NCBI RefSeq assembly: GCF_026571515.1
Contig: NW_026860384.1
Span: 62,001 to 126,000, forward strand
Reading direction: 5' to 3'
Length of the DNA: 64,000 bases
Origin: Ruditapes philippinarum
Lineage: Eukaryota
Part shown: positions 38,966-52,277 of the stretch, piece by piece
Layout: each line of letters starts with the position of its first letter
Position numbering within the stretch: the stretch's first letter is position 1
Notes under the pieces: generated by a model
Databases searched by the model: none
The model's input: the letters and a program-made list of their open reading frames with translations, nothing else
What the model was told of the DNA's origin: nothing
Made by a program: the position numbers and the translations under genes

Positions 38966-41089
38966 TGTAGCTGGTTCCCGACACGGCGACCAGCTTTAGC
39001 TTTTTATTGGTAAGATAATCAAGTTCCTTTATATTTCAACTGGCTTGAATGTTAAAGTGTTGTTTCTCTCTATGAAGAATATATGTTTAAAACTCATTTG
39101 TTTTTGTTTCCTGTAGTCAGTCAATTAATCAATTAATTAATCAATCAAATATTCATCAATTTATCAACTAAAGGATGTGTAACAAATACAAACTATACAA
39201 TTGATGATTTGTTTGACACGCCTTAAGTTTTTTTAAGCTTAATATCAATCTGCAAATACATTAGTGGTTATATGATAACCTTTTAGTTGACTGTAAAGTT
39301 GAAAGATATGTAAATTTTAAGCTCAAATACTTTATGCAATTGTTTTAAAAGTTACAAAGGTCTGAACTCCATAGGATTTAGAACCGTTTTTGCATAAGCT
39401 AATTTGATAAATATAACTTTTCTTTCAATAAAATGGTTAATAATTGTGTAAAACATACAACTTTGGTTTCAAATGTTTTTTTATTAATAATATTACTTAT
39501 TAGTGAATTAATTTTAAAATATTTAAATTAAAACTAAAATTTCATAAAATATTCCTTTTTCTCAAGATAATGTTAAATAACGTTAGGAACCATCTTGCAC
39601 TAACCCCTTCATTATTATCTATAAATACATGCATTTGAATGTTTTACATATAAGATAAAATTGGAGCATTATACCTTTTTTAAGAAATTGTTACAATTGT
39701 AATAGTGTGTGTTTAGTTAAGACTTGTATTTTTGACTAAATTACGCATTGGGGATTTTCTGTGCGCAAATGGCACAAATTTTTCTCAAGTTTGATATTCT
39801 TCAAACTTTGTGGTTGGAGGCATGCCGATTTAAATACAGTTTATTCCAATCAAATGGTATAAAGTTTTTTAATGTAAATCTGGGACTTAAAATTGTTTGA
39901 TTAACATACTTATTGCCTGTTTTGAAAAATCTTTGTTCCAGAAGAAATTGTACTTACCAGAACATTCACCAAAAATTTTTCATCATTGAATTTTATAAGG
40001 AACTTAAATTTTGATACTACTTTTTAATATATAACATTTATTTTAAATTTAGTTAGATAACATATTATAAATTGTTCCCTTGGTAGAGAAAGTATCCCTG
40101 ATGTGCCAAAAAATGTCCATTTTTCCGGCATAAAATCTTTTAAAGCATAAAATTGATTTATAAACATTCATTGTGCTTTTATGCAAATATATCTCCAAAT
40201 ATTTTCGAATGAAACAAATCTCCCACAGCTCGCATGATTCTTTTTAAAGAAGCAAACTTGTTTTATACACAGATCAGGTTTATATCAGAATCAAAATATC
40301 CCTTACTCATCTCAACTCGATTCATATTTTACACAGACCACACTTTCTTAACACGTCCATTTATATATATTGATAATTGAAACATACATTTACATACCAC
40401 AAAGCCATGCCTTAATTGGAACTACAGAATACTACTTCATATCTTAAAATTATACATGATTAGTAAAAAGTTAACTCATATTCAGTTACTTTAGCCAAGA
40501 TAATAAGAATAACTTATAAATCATTGCAAGAAATTTGATATTGGAAAATAAATCATACATGTCTTTGCTTTGCTCAATATAGTTTCTAAAGGAAAACTTA
40601 TTCCCCTTGCAATCAAAGGCATATTAATTTCATGCATAGAAAATTATGGTAAATGAATTTAACCGGAGAGGTTGTATTCAATCATACAACTTCAACGTTA
40701 TCTACCCAAGTTTTAAAGATGATACATGTATGTCTATCAAATGCACGGTTCGACTCAATTTTATGCGTATTATCTATTCTGTCGACCTTTTGTTCTAGAT
40801 TTTGATATTAACCATTAATGTTTTCATTTTATTTACTTTCTGATCAGTTGCCGATAAACTTTTTAATATCTTTATCCGTTGTTGGATATTACTTACGTAC
40901 CTTCCACGTATTGCTTGAACGACGCTTGCATTTGCATAATTATTGTACAAGACTTGAAATTATATAGAAGTGATAACATCTTAGATATTTTACTTCTGTT
41001 TACCTAGTTTCTTCAAATAACATATGTTACACTGGTTTTTCTAGCGAATAGATCACTGTACGATAAAATCTATTTAGTTATAAATGACT

Positions 41090-41918
41090 TAAACGGTTAT
41101 TAAAAGAGGTTATGACCCAATTATTCTAAGGCATACCGCATGCTTGGTGTTCAACCCTTTTACAGTTGGACGCTACGCTTTCCTCTTTTAAATACATCTG
41201 ACGGACTAAGTGGGAGAATCTATGATGGGCAGTTCAGTTCAGCCCTTTGGGACTGAATTGTCTTAATGTTCGTCTTCTATCTTGCTTCGTCGGGCCCTTG
41301 TAGGTGATTTTCTTGTTGCTCTGCCTTCCTTTAAGGCATCGAGTACTTTGGTAATGGTCATTAGGCTGTACCTTTTTCTACATATTTACACTGTTTTATG
41401 TGTTTTATAAATTTCGTCTTATGTAACCATGACAATTGTTAGAATTTCACTTGGCGGGGATTAATTTCATTTACATTTTCGTGTCATTCAGGAACATATT
41501 GGGGCTAAAAGTGAGGTTCGGCGCGCCTTAAACCGGTTTAAACTCCCCAGTGGTTTAACTACCACTGACCGTTCCAAGGCGGTACCCCTCTGTGTTTTTC
41601 ATGTCTGTATTGTTACCTGTTTTGGATGTTTACATTTTTTGTGATGTCTGTCTTGTTGGATTGTCGTTGACGATAGGTATTTTCTCACACACACCTTCTC
41701 CCATTTTTACCCCCCCCCCCCCCTTTCACCCGTACAGCCCTTATCCCTTTAATTCCCGTTTTAGTTAATATTATTTCACATGACATGCCCCACTCCTTTC
41801 TCCCTTATGTCTACTCCAGGTTTATGTTTGGTGCCTTCTGGGTGCCCTCCTTGGGTGTGTCTGGGGGCTGCGTCCTGTGAACGTTGCCTTTGCCTTGTTG
41901 ATCCTTTTTTTGTTTTTT
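41090..41918 (+). mobile_element. 5'-truncated retroelement 3' end, probably Penelope-like
   Basis: Residual peptide IKRGYDPIILRHTACLVFNPFTVGRYAFLF resembles, from memory, the C-terminus of mollusc Penelope-like RT ORFs. 3' UTR with actgaccgttccaaggcggt and a T-rich end. Absent at the paralogous site (~57390). Class assignment unverified. Confidence 0.55.
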
Positions 41919-42224
41919 ATTATAATTATGTAAGAAAACACTTCCAGCAGCGTTCACAATCATCATAACCCACGTGCATGAAAATACCGAAAGAACTTTT
42001 CTTGTACCCTCAGTAGACTGTTCTCTAACTCTCAGTAGATTATCATGTAAAACGCACTTCTAGTTAAATAATATCTTATTGTAAAAATATACACACAATG
42101 TACAGTTTTTTTCTGTATTTTTCTATTTTATAACTTTACAGACATAATGAAGTGTACATACAAAAGGGTTGGGCCAAAAGTTCTAACAACATTATCGTAG
42201 GCCCTTCCTTGCATTCCTTCTCTT

Positions 42225-43665
42225 CCGAACGTCTTTCAGTATTTCAATTCTAAATATATCGGCAAAACGTTATCTACATACTATTTAAAAACGAATTATG
42301 TTACATGTGTACCATCTGATTTGGCATTCATCATCTAAAACAATAAACATTAAGGTTAAAATGAATTCAAGCAAGTACGAATTATATTTGGTACGTGTTG
42401 GCGATTTCGTTATTCGCTACATAGGCTTTTATTCATAGAATTGTACTGATAACCTTATTTTCAGATACGTAAATAAATCAAATCCATTCATTGATAATAC
42501 AGATTTTAGCCAATTTTGTAAAAATTCAATGACTTTACTCTAAAGGTCAATGTTCTTCAAAGGTCATTATCAAACCTGAAAACTTCCTCCACTTGAAATT
42601 TTATCCTATGTTTAGTAAGTTCAAATACGAATCAAGTAAGTCAGTCTGGCAAATTTAGTAAAATTAAATACTATCAAGGGCATTTAATGTTGAAACTATA
42701 CATGACAATATGAGTTTTTCCAAGTACTATTGTAACCCGTAATTGTTGATTTTAGAAAAGTTTAAACGATTTTTACGATTTTTATTTTAGCCAATGATCA
42801 TACTAGCCATAGCTTTTGTAGAGTCGATAAGTCAAACGCTACAGCAGTGGAGCATTCGTCAAAAAAGCAGTGGAAAAAACTAGCATTAGCTTTTGTAGAG
42901 TCGATGAGTCAAACGCTACACCGAACGTCTTTCAGTATTTCAGTTCTAAATATATTGGCAAAACGTTATCTACATACTATTTAAAAACGAATTATGTTAC
43001 CATCTTATTTGGCATTCATCATCTAAAACAATAAACATTAAGGTTAAAATGAATTCAAGCAAGTACGAATTATTTTTGGTACGTGTTGGCGATTTCGTTA
43101 TTCGCTACATAGGCTTTTATTCATAGAATTGTACTGATAACCTTATTTTCAGATACGTAAATAAATCAAATCCATTCATTGATAATACAGATTTGGCCAA
43201 TTTTGTAAAAATTCAATGACTTTACTCTAAAGGTCAATGTTCTTCAAAGGTCATTATCAAACCTGAAAACTTCCTCCACTTGAAATTTTATCCTAGGTAT
43301 AGTAAGTTCAAATACGAATCAAGTAAGTACAAAGTCTGGCAAATTTAGTAAAATTAAATACTATCAAGGGCATTTAATGTTGAAACTATACATGACAATA
43401 TGAGTTTTTCCAAGTACTATTGTAACCCGTAATTGTTGATTTTAGAAAAGTTTAAACGATTTTTACCAGATGTAAATGTCAATGTCAGCTTATTTTAGCC
43501 AATGATCATACTAGCCATAGCTTTTGTAGAGTCGATAAGTCAAACGCTACAGCAGTGGAGCATTCGTCAAAAAAGCAGTGGAAAAAACTAGCCATAGCTT
43601 TTGTAGAGTCGATGAGTCAAACGCTACAGCAGTGGAGCATTCGTCAAAAAAAGCAGTGGAAAAAT
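42225..43665. repeat. 696-bp direct duplication containing an older 77-bp tandem duplication
   Basis: ccgaacgtctttcagtatttc at 42225 and 42921; 77-bp period at 42803/42880 and 43511/43588. Confidence 0.9.
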
Positions 43666-43979
43666 ATAGCTTCCAGTTCAATCCGTTAGTGTCTGAAGAT
43701 AATTATTATTGAAGATATATAATGATGTCACACTGACGGATACCTGATTCAAAGACAACTGTCCATTCTTTAAAGATATTTTATTCTTTGATTCTGTTTG
43801 TTAATACTCCAGAAGTACAGCTGTGACCTCTTGTAAAGTAAGATAAAGATGAAATATGAAGAAGTTTTGCGCGCGCGTGTGTGTATGTAAGTGTGCACGC
43901 GCGAGTGCGTGCGTGCGCGCGCGTGTGTGTGTGTGTATTTGTGCGTGTGTGTGTGTGGGTGTGCGTGTGCGTATGCGTG

Positions 43980-44060
43980 ATTGGGTTTTACGTCGCACCA
44001 ACACAGTATAGGTCATATGGCGACTTTCAAGCTTTACTGATGGAGGAAAACCTCTGGTCT
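43980..44060 (-). mobile_element. SINE 3' fragment
   Basis: Minus strand ...ttcctccatcagtaaagcttgaaagtcgccatatgacctatactgtgttggtgcgacgtaaaacccaa resembles, from memory, a common bivalve SINE tail and abuts a microsatellite. Confidence 0.5.
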
Positions 44061-44434
44061 CGTTTCGTGCATTATTTTGCACCAAACAGCCTTATCATAT
44101 ACGGGAAAATGGACGTTTTTAATAGATTTTTTTTAATTAATCCACTAAATTGAGAGTTAGATTATAAGCAAGAGACTGTACGGCAAATTGCTGGAAATTA
44201 TGGAGGTATTTTTGTCAATTGTGACATCTAAATAAATCATTTGATACGGAAAAAGATCCATCTTGTTCATGTTGTTTGTGATTATCATTGTTCTAAATTG
44301 TCAAACAAATTACTAGCTACGTCTTTGCCAATGTAATGCTGTGTGAAACATTTGAACATTTGCTGGGGATTTCTGTAGAATAATTGACCCAATACGTACA
44401 TTGAATGTATTTTTTACCTCAATCTGCTTTACCA

Positions 44435-44567
44435 AAAAATAACAAGAATAAAGATCAACAAGGCAAAGGCAACGTTCACAGGACGCTGACCCCAGACACA
44501 CCCAAGTAGGGCATCCAGAAGGCACCAAACAAAAACCTGGAGTTGACACAAGGGCGAATGGAGTGTG
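44435..44567 (-). mobile_element. Second 3'-end fragment of the 41090-41918 retroelement family
   Basis: Reverse complement matches 41790-41915 (shared spurious peptide MSTPG.CLVPSGCP.WVCLG.ASCERCLCLVD). Confidence 0.8.
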
Positions 44568-45714
44568 ATAAAGTTCGATAGAGTGTGTCCATGTTTTAAT
44601 CTTAGCACATTTCCGCCTCTTATAGTTCCTTTTTATTTATAGTTGTCGGAGATTTTTTTTTCATATATCTTTCTTTTGTTCCATTAGTATGACCGATTTA
44701 GAAATAAAATGTGATTTGTTTTGCTTAGCTCATGCTGATAGTAAAACGAAGAATCCACAATGGTGAAAGAATGAAAGTACGACGGTGAAAACAAGAAATT
44801 ATAGCTATATTTAAATGCTGCAGAAATTATAATCATAAGAATAAGAGTAATGCACAAAGATTTATAATTGCGTATTTCTTTTGAATTTGGAAATACGTCT
44901 TACACACAATCGTTTTTAATTTGATAATTACAATTTATAAGTTAATTATTCGAAGTGTATTTTAAAATTAATTGGTCATTTAAATAATTTCCGTATGATT
45001 AGCCTACATTAAATATAATTTGAACGTACCAGTCATGTGAGTCGTTAGACTGAAAACAAATGACATAACTAGAATACAAGAACAGTATCACATACGGGTT
45101 GTTCCAGACCAAGATTTTTTAGGCTATAGAGGACTGCTCATTTTAACCGATTGTTTATCTGTTGTAAAAGTAAGAGCGGCATTAACAGATTCTGTGAAAT
45201 ATTTGTAGAACAGATAAAAAGTGTGTGCATTATGTGTTTTATTCAAAATATAATTTGTAATAATTAAAGATATTTAGCAGATTTTTGTGCCCCAAAATAT
45301 GTATAATAATAGAAGTTTTTGCATCAGTATCTTCTCAGTAAACTAATTGCAACTACTGTACAACTAAAATAGATAAATACAGAATCCCTAAAGAAAGCCC
45401 AACACGGCAAAATTGAAAATGTTGCAGGCTCGGTTTGATTGAGCCTGTTCATGGACGGTACTGGAAAGTGCAAGTTACCGTCCACGCCCCCTAGCACCGG
45501 CTAAAGCAGAATTCAACATTTAAACATGAAATAGTAATTTTGAATTTAGAAACATCCGCACATCGACTTCACGATTGCTACGAGTGCTACGTACATGTTC
45601 GGTTTGTTAATAATTTGCTACATGAACTCTATTACTTTGAATTGACTTCAGATTTTTATTTTAATTGTTATTATTTTCTAAGGATAGGGCGGTATTTAAT
45701 GGATCAGATACCCA

Positions 45715-47422
45715 GATCAAATTCAGTGATCATTTTTCAGTTCAGGTAAAGTGTTGGCATTTTGCTGATTTGTTTCTTTCTTGTGGTGCGGGGGTATTGT
45801 GATCAGGAACCGAAATATTCTATATCTCAGAGATTAGAGGTCCCATAAAGTTATTCTATACTTTACATAACTCTTTCTTTATCTTTATAACTGTCCATTG
45901 GCCTTTAAATAAAAACATTATATCCACGATGACGTAAGCAAGCACTATTACGTTTTTGTCAAAACGCTCAAATTTAGCGGCTTTAACCGCTAGGAATATT
46001 TTACATTATCTGGAAGCATTAAAGACAGCAAAATTACATGAAAATTGTATTACTTCCAATTGTGGTACTCAATTCTCAACACTTAAAAGTGCTGAAGTCA
46101 GTACATTTTGTTATTTAAACAATCTGAATTCCTTCCTCGTTAAACGTTTACTGATATCGTGTGGTATGATACAAAAAATATCACAAAGTGCTTCGGACAT
46201 CAGTGACGTTACAGTCAGCCTCGAACTTACATTTAATACCTAAGCATTAGGTATCTGTCTATTCAATGTTTGCGTGCTGACTGATCGTTCACTATAATAT
46301 TACATCAAATGTATCAATTTAAACAAAAAAAATAGCATTATAAACAATAAAATGTTAATTGTGACAATCACAGGAGATGACAATATATAAGATAGATAAC
46401 TTAAACATCGAATAAAATAGAAAACCCTTTAATACAATAAAAGTTGAAAATAAAGAGATGTTAAATTCATTAATAATGTATTCTCAAAGGATTATATCAA
46501 ACAGAAACAAATAATCATTTACACAATGAAATTGAAAAATGATCAATGGCTTAAGTTGTGTCGGGGGCTTGCGTTCTGTAAACGTTGCTGTGCCTTATTG
46601 ATATTTGTTTTTGTTTTTTTATCTTAGGTTGAATAGAGAATGAAATATGAAAAAAGGAATTGAATTTTTGAAAAAGCAAAGAAATATTCACTTAAGGAAG
46701 TTATCAAACGGAACAAAAGGCAATCCATTGAGAACTTGAATAAGAACATTTTTAGCGAAGAAACAATACAAGTATCTCAGGAATTAATAATTGTATAATA
46801 AAAATAAACAGTAGTAAATTTGTGTTTAGAGGTTACAAACAAACATTTATATGAACTTTTTATTCATATTTCCAGGAAAAACTTTATTTCACGAATAACA
46901 AGAAACAAACATTCAAACCTTCTAAGCATTAAAAAAGGCTGAAATCTTTGCGAACGAGAATTTATCATGTCCATGGAAGGTATTGGAATGTGAAAATTAA
47001 AGTCCACGTTCTCTAGCACTGGCTTAAGCAGTATTCAACATTTTATGATTTAAATATGTAAATGATGATATTTTGTATTTAAAACATCCGCAGATGTTAA
47101 GTTTGATCCGGAGGGATGGGCGGTCATCTAGCAGGTTCGGCGTATGGTTATCTTTGAACTTTATGTTGCATAATTTAACATAATCCAGTTTCCATTAAAA
47201 ATGATGACATAAAGGTACATGCAGTTATCGCATGTTTTTTATTCTAGATGGGTAGAAAGTACAGAAATAGAAACATGTATTTCTATTTTATCTACCTACT
47301 AAGCAACCTAGTTATTTTTGGCAATCTAAATTAATCGATTTACGAGTCGTTCTCCGATTTTTGGTAGGACACTAAATTGAATCATTTCATTCATCTGTAT
47401 GAAGGAAATTGTGCTCTTTATC
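45715..47422 (+). repeat. Direct paralogue of 17060-18860 flank module
   Basis: Co-linear matches throughout (tatccacgatgacgtaagc, gatcaatggcttaagttgtgtcggggg, aaattgtgctctttatca). Confidence 0.9.
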
Positions 47423-49179
47423 ATGCAACTGCTATGGTAACTGCCCGATAACACTTGCCTGATAATTATTTTTGATATAAGGTCAGTAACCTGATATCAA
47501 AAATAAGCCCCGCCCATTTTAACGGACTTTTTTCAACTGCTTATAATCTCATTTTTATCAGCATGTGAATTCTACAATTTTATCTCATATCCTTACACGT
47601 CTTGAATCAAGGTGCGATATTTATTTATTGTTTATTTCTATTTCGATTTCAATTACGAATAAATTAGATAGCTAGATAGTTAAGTACCAACTAAATAAAG
47701 TGACGTCATAATTTATATTGCAAATCACATCATCGATGTCCAGGCCATATTATACATGTCAACATAACAAACTGGCTGGACGATTTTCTTTGAGAACTTG
47801 TAATTAATGTTTTCTTTATTTCGCCGGATTATTATTTCATACGTAAAAAAATTGTTTCGTTAAAAAAATAAGCCGCATGTTTGTGTAGCTTGTATTTGAT
47901 TACCGATTCGGCCGGAAAAAAAACCCTATTCTCACACCGGTTAACATGTAGCAAGTAGGACAGCCTGATGCAGGTAGAACTAACTATAGAAATGTCAGTT
48001 TTAATTCAGTTTAAACTGGATAACCGAGAATTTTATAGAAAGAATTGTCTATGATATATTGTGCAGCAATTGATTGCAAGATAAAAAAAACTTTCCAAGC
48101 GCACAATTGTACGGATCAACTTGCAACAAGTTAACTCGGTGTATTTTATTAGCAGTATTACTTCCACTCTAGCAAGGATCTTGACAGGCTTTGCTCTTTT
48201 ATGATAAAGATCAACAATGGAGAGCTAAAATCAGTCTCTAACCAGAATTGAGGATATATCACCATATACCAAAATATACTAAATAAAAATTGTCTTTAAT
48301 CCTATGCTAAGGATAAAGGGATGTGTGATGATATCATACCAACAATATTTCTATAAATATACACGAGTGTGGACGATTATTGTAGCGATGGAGGAAGTTT
48401 ATTTAAAGTGTTTCTCCGTACATGTCCACGTATTCTGCGGTTTCTCTTACATAAAAAAATTAATGAGTTGTTTTTACATAGACGGGACATTATCCCTTAG
48501 AAAAAGTTACGATCGAGTCTGTTACAAAATAAGTTTTTGTCTCATCCTTTATTTTGAAATGTCTTGGACATTGGATGACTGTTTTGATCGTTTAATGCTT
48601 CATACATATTAATAATGTTTATGTATGTTTATTGTTATGAATCATAATTTATCTCGTAATAAAAATTCTGCTAAAATATACCGCGTATTTGTTCTTGTTT
48701 ATTATAAGTTTTTAGAAAGACTTATTTACAATTTTTAATCAACCGTACAACACAAACATAAATACAACACAAGCATGAATATTTTACTCAAAAATATTTA
48801 TTTCTTTGTTATTGTCGCGTTCGTATGCGAGATAACGTTCTTGAGGCATTCATTTTTGAACAGTCCGTTATACAATTGATTACAGTTATATCTTACACAT
48901 TGTACATACCAATCATGTGAGCAACAAGCACACTTTTAAAAGTAAAATAGTGACCTTTTCTATTTCTCTCCGTTCTATTGTTTTTCTATTAGTAGATAAG
49001 TGTTATTATTTATTGAAAGTCCAGCAATTATGATCAACTCTGAACTATTTATATCGACTTTTATCGTTTTACTGTGTCAGATGAGATCGTTTTTATTTCA
49101 ATGCAAATGTCAAGCATAGCGCGTGCCTTTATTTGAACTAGACTGAATATCCAAAACAAAATTTGATAGCCGATATGTA

Positions 49180-50022
49180 CGAGGGGTGATCCAAAAATTC
49201 GTGGACAATGTGTATATCTCCATAACGTGACGTCCTACCGAGGTGAACACATGTAAAACCAGTGCAAACAAAGAAAATTGCGGGAAACGTTATAATAACG
49301 TTGTTTTGATGTGTATGATGTCATTCTGTCAGTATCAGAAGACATTTTAAAGTTGCGGTTATTTTACACTCATGCTTTAAAGAACATGTGCCTAAAACAG
49401 CTTAACCAAAAATGAACGTCACGGATCCAGCAAAACTTCGGACAGTTATATAGTTCTGTGTAAATTTTGGGAAGACGCCTGGCGAGACAAAGACCTGCTC
49501 ATCGTGTCCGGGACACACAGCTGACCATTCAAATCCAGCTTGGAGCAGAAGTACTCAGTCATCCACCATATTCGCCTGATCTTTCCCCGTGTGACTTCGC
49601 CTTGTTTCAGAGTTAATAGGGAGACGTTTTGACAATCTGGAAGAGTTGAGAGGAGCCATCCAATGCATACTGTCATCATTCAGCCAGGAATGGTATGCAA
49701 ATACATTTAGAGACTGGGTCCGCCGCCTTGAAAATGTGTGCGGGTTATAGGGGAATACTTTGAAAAGTTATAAGGCAAAACGGTAACGTAGATTACTTCC
49801 TATGATAGCATAACGTCGTTTGTGACGTCGTGAGCTGCGCTGCGTTTTGTCATGTCTATGTGTATAAACTGGTGCAGAATCGTTAATTCTTGTACAATTT
49901 TTACAATATTTTGAGAATTTGCCGACATATGCGCACTTAATAAGATACTAGAATTTCATGTGATTTGCTTTATTACTTTTTGTTTTATGCACGGTGTCCA
50001 CGAATTTTTGGATCACCCCTCG
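49180..50022 (+). mobile_element. Internally deleted mariner element (843 bp)
   Basis: Perfect 28-bp TIRs cgaggggtgatccaaaaattcgtggaca, TA TSD, transposase remnants HPPYSPDLSPCDFALF and WVRRLEKCVRVIGEYFEKL*. Empty site aatatgTAtttctt in paralogous blocks (~8055, ~10447, ~63303). Confidence 0.95.
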
Positions 50023-51513
50023 TATTTCTTAATTATTTGTAGATTTGAATGGAATAAAATCTCAAAAGTACACAAGTAACAAAAATATTTGATTACTTTA
50101 GTTGCAAATCAAATTAATTGATGTTATAGGTAAATTTGTTTAATATATTCTATTATTTAATTTATTATTAAATGAATAGTCTCTGTCGGTTGAAATGAAA
50201 TAATCTACGGTGTACAATACAGAAATACTTTGACAAATAACATATAACATTAACACATCAAAATGACCTTGCAACATCCTCCCCCTCATAGGGAAAATGT
50301 CGTCCACCAATTCCAAGAAATCTTACAATGTAAATGCTTCTGTTAGATAGGCACTTACACATAGAGTTCATGAAAGATTTATAAAACATTAATCAAAACA
50401 GACATGTATGGAAAGCCACAGCTGTCTTTTGTTCACGCATTTCGTGGTAACTTGTCAGTGGGACATGTGAACATTTTTCAGCATGTTAACATGTCAAGAC
50501 ATAATGTTGACTCGTCTAGCTACCATTTGAATATGTCAATGTGCCATGTGATATCGTTAAATAACGACTTATTATGTAAAAAGAACATGCGAATTTCTCA
50601 GGACTCCCTATTAATATGTTAAACGGCAATGTTGACTTGTCTAACTACCATTTCAATGTGTCATGTGATATTGTTAAAATAACTTCTTATTATGTTAAAA
50701 GAACATGCGAACTTCTCAGGACTCCGTATTAATATGTTAAATGGCAATGCTTATTTGTCTAACTTCCATTTGAATATGTCAATGTGTCATGTGATATTGT
50801 TAAAATAACGTCTTATTATGTTAAAAGAACATGTGAACTTCTCAGGACTCCTTATTAATATGTTAAACGGCAATGCTTATTTGTCTAACTTCCATTTGAA
50901 TATGTCAATATGCAATGAGATATTGTTAAAATAACGTCTTATTATGTTAAAAGAACATGTGAACTTCTCAAGATTTCGTAATAATATGTTTAAGGACAAT
51001 GCTGATTTGTTTAACTTCCATTTAAATATGTCAATGTGCCATATGATATTGTTTACGTATCGTTTTGTTATGTTTAAAGAACAAGTGAACTTCTCAGGAC
51101 TTCATATTAATATGTTAAATGACACTTTTGACGCTTTTGACGTGTCTAACTACGTATGATTATGTTAAAAGAACAAGTGGATTTCTCAAGGCTTCGTATT
51201 AATATGTTAAATGACAATGTTAACTTGTTAAAATATAATTTGAATATGTTTTTAAGTCATGAGATATTGTTTAAATGACGGCTTATTATGTTAAAAGTAC
51301 AAGTGAACTTCTTACGACTTCCAGGGCGAATGAGGTCATCGTCTCGCATTGATTCAATTATGGCTGCGTCTTTTTTTCAGATTTAAATCTCGACAATAAT
51401 GTTGACATGTCTACCCTTACTAAAATTGCCTCTAGGTTATCCGAAGAGGAGATGTCCTCCATGATTTAAAATAAGCACGCGCAGCGAAAAACTAACGTTA
51501 TACGTCAGACAAG

Positions 51514-51660
51514 TACGGAATCCTATTATGGACCTCACGCCCTCGCCCCACGCCCTTTTGAAACACCGTTGGAAAACAAAACGCGAGATTCGTTGGTCAC
51601 ATTCAGTTTTTTAAAACAAGGCGCGGGGCGAGGACACGAGGTCCCTAGTAGGATTCCGTA
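51514..51660. mobile_element. 147-bp MITE nested in the foldback element
   Basis: TIRs tacggaatcctattatggacctc / gaggtccctagtaggattccgta, flanked by gacaag on both sides. Confidence 0.85.
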
Positions 51661-52277
51661 GACAAGTACTTGCAGACAACAACACACTTACATGTTGAGA
51701 AGTTCACATGCCTTATCGACATAATAAAACCATGTTAACAGAATTGCACGCTATTGTGAGAAGTTAAGATGGCCTTTTAACACAATAAAATGGTATTTAA
51801 CAATTCAACGAGTCATGTAGACATCATCAGTGAAGTTTTAACAATTTAACAATGCTGTTTCACATATAAACCGAAAATTTGAGAATCTCATATATTCATG
51901 TAACATATTAATACGAAGTCTGGGGAAGTTCACATGTTTATTTAACATAATTAGACATAATGTAAACAATATCATATGAATAGACATATTCAAACTGTAG
52001 TTAAAAAAATCAGCATTGTCGTTTAACATATAAATAGGAAGTATTGAGAAGTTCACATGTTCTTTTAACATGATAAGATGTTATGTTAACAATATAACAT
52101 GGCAAAAGACATGTTCAAACTGTAGTTTGACAAGTCAACAGTGTCGTTTAACATATTAATACGGAGTCTTGCGAAGTTCTAATGTTATTTAAACATAATA
52201 AGATGTTATGTTAACTATATCACATGGCAAAAAGACATGGTCAAACTGTAATTTGACAAGTCAACATTGTCGTTTAA

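Larger units (their letters stand above)
40200..43980 (-). repeat. Inverted copy of channel-gene flank modules (homologous to 16020-17050 and 57250-58140)
   Basis: For example ttagtaaaaagttaactcatattcagttactttagcc (~40460) is the reverse complement of ~57950-57985, and 42140-43870 is the reverse complement of 16085-17050 with internal duplications. Confidence 0.88.

Noticed and set aside
50404-52071. ORFs in the 126-bp array
   Set aside because: By-products of a repeat length divisible by 3, with frequent stops and no domain.
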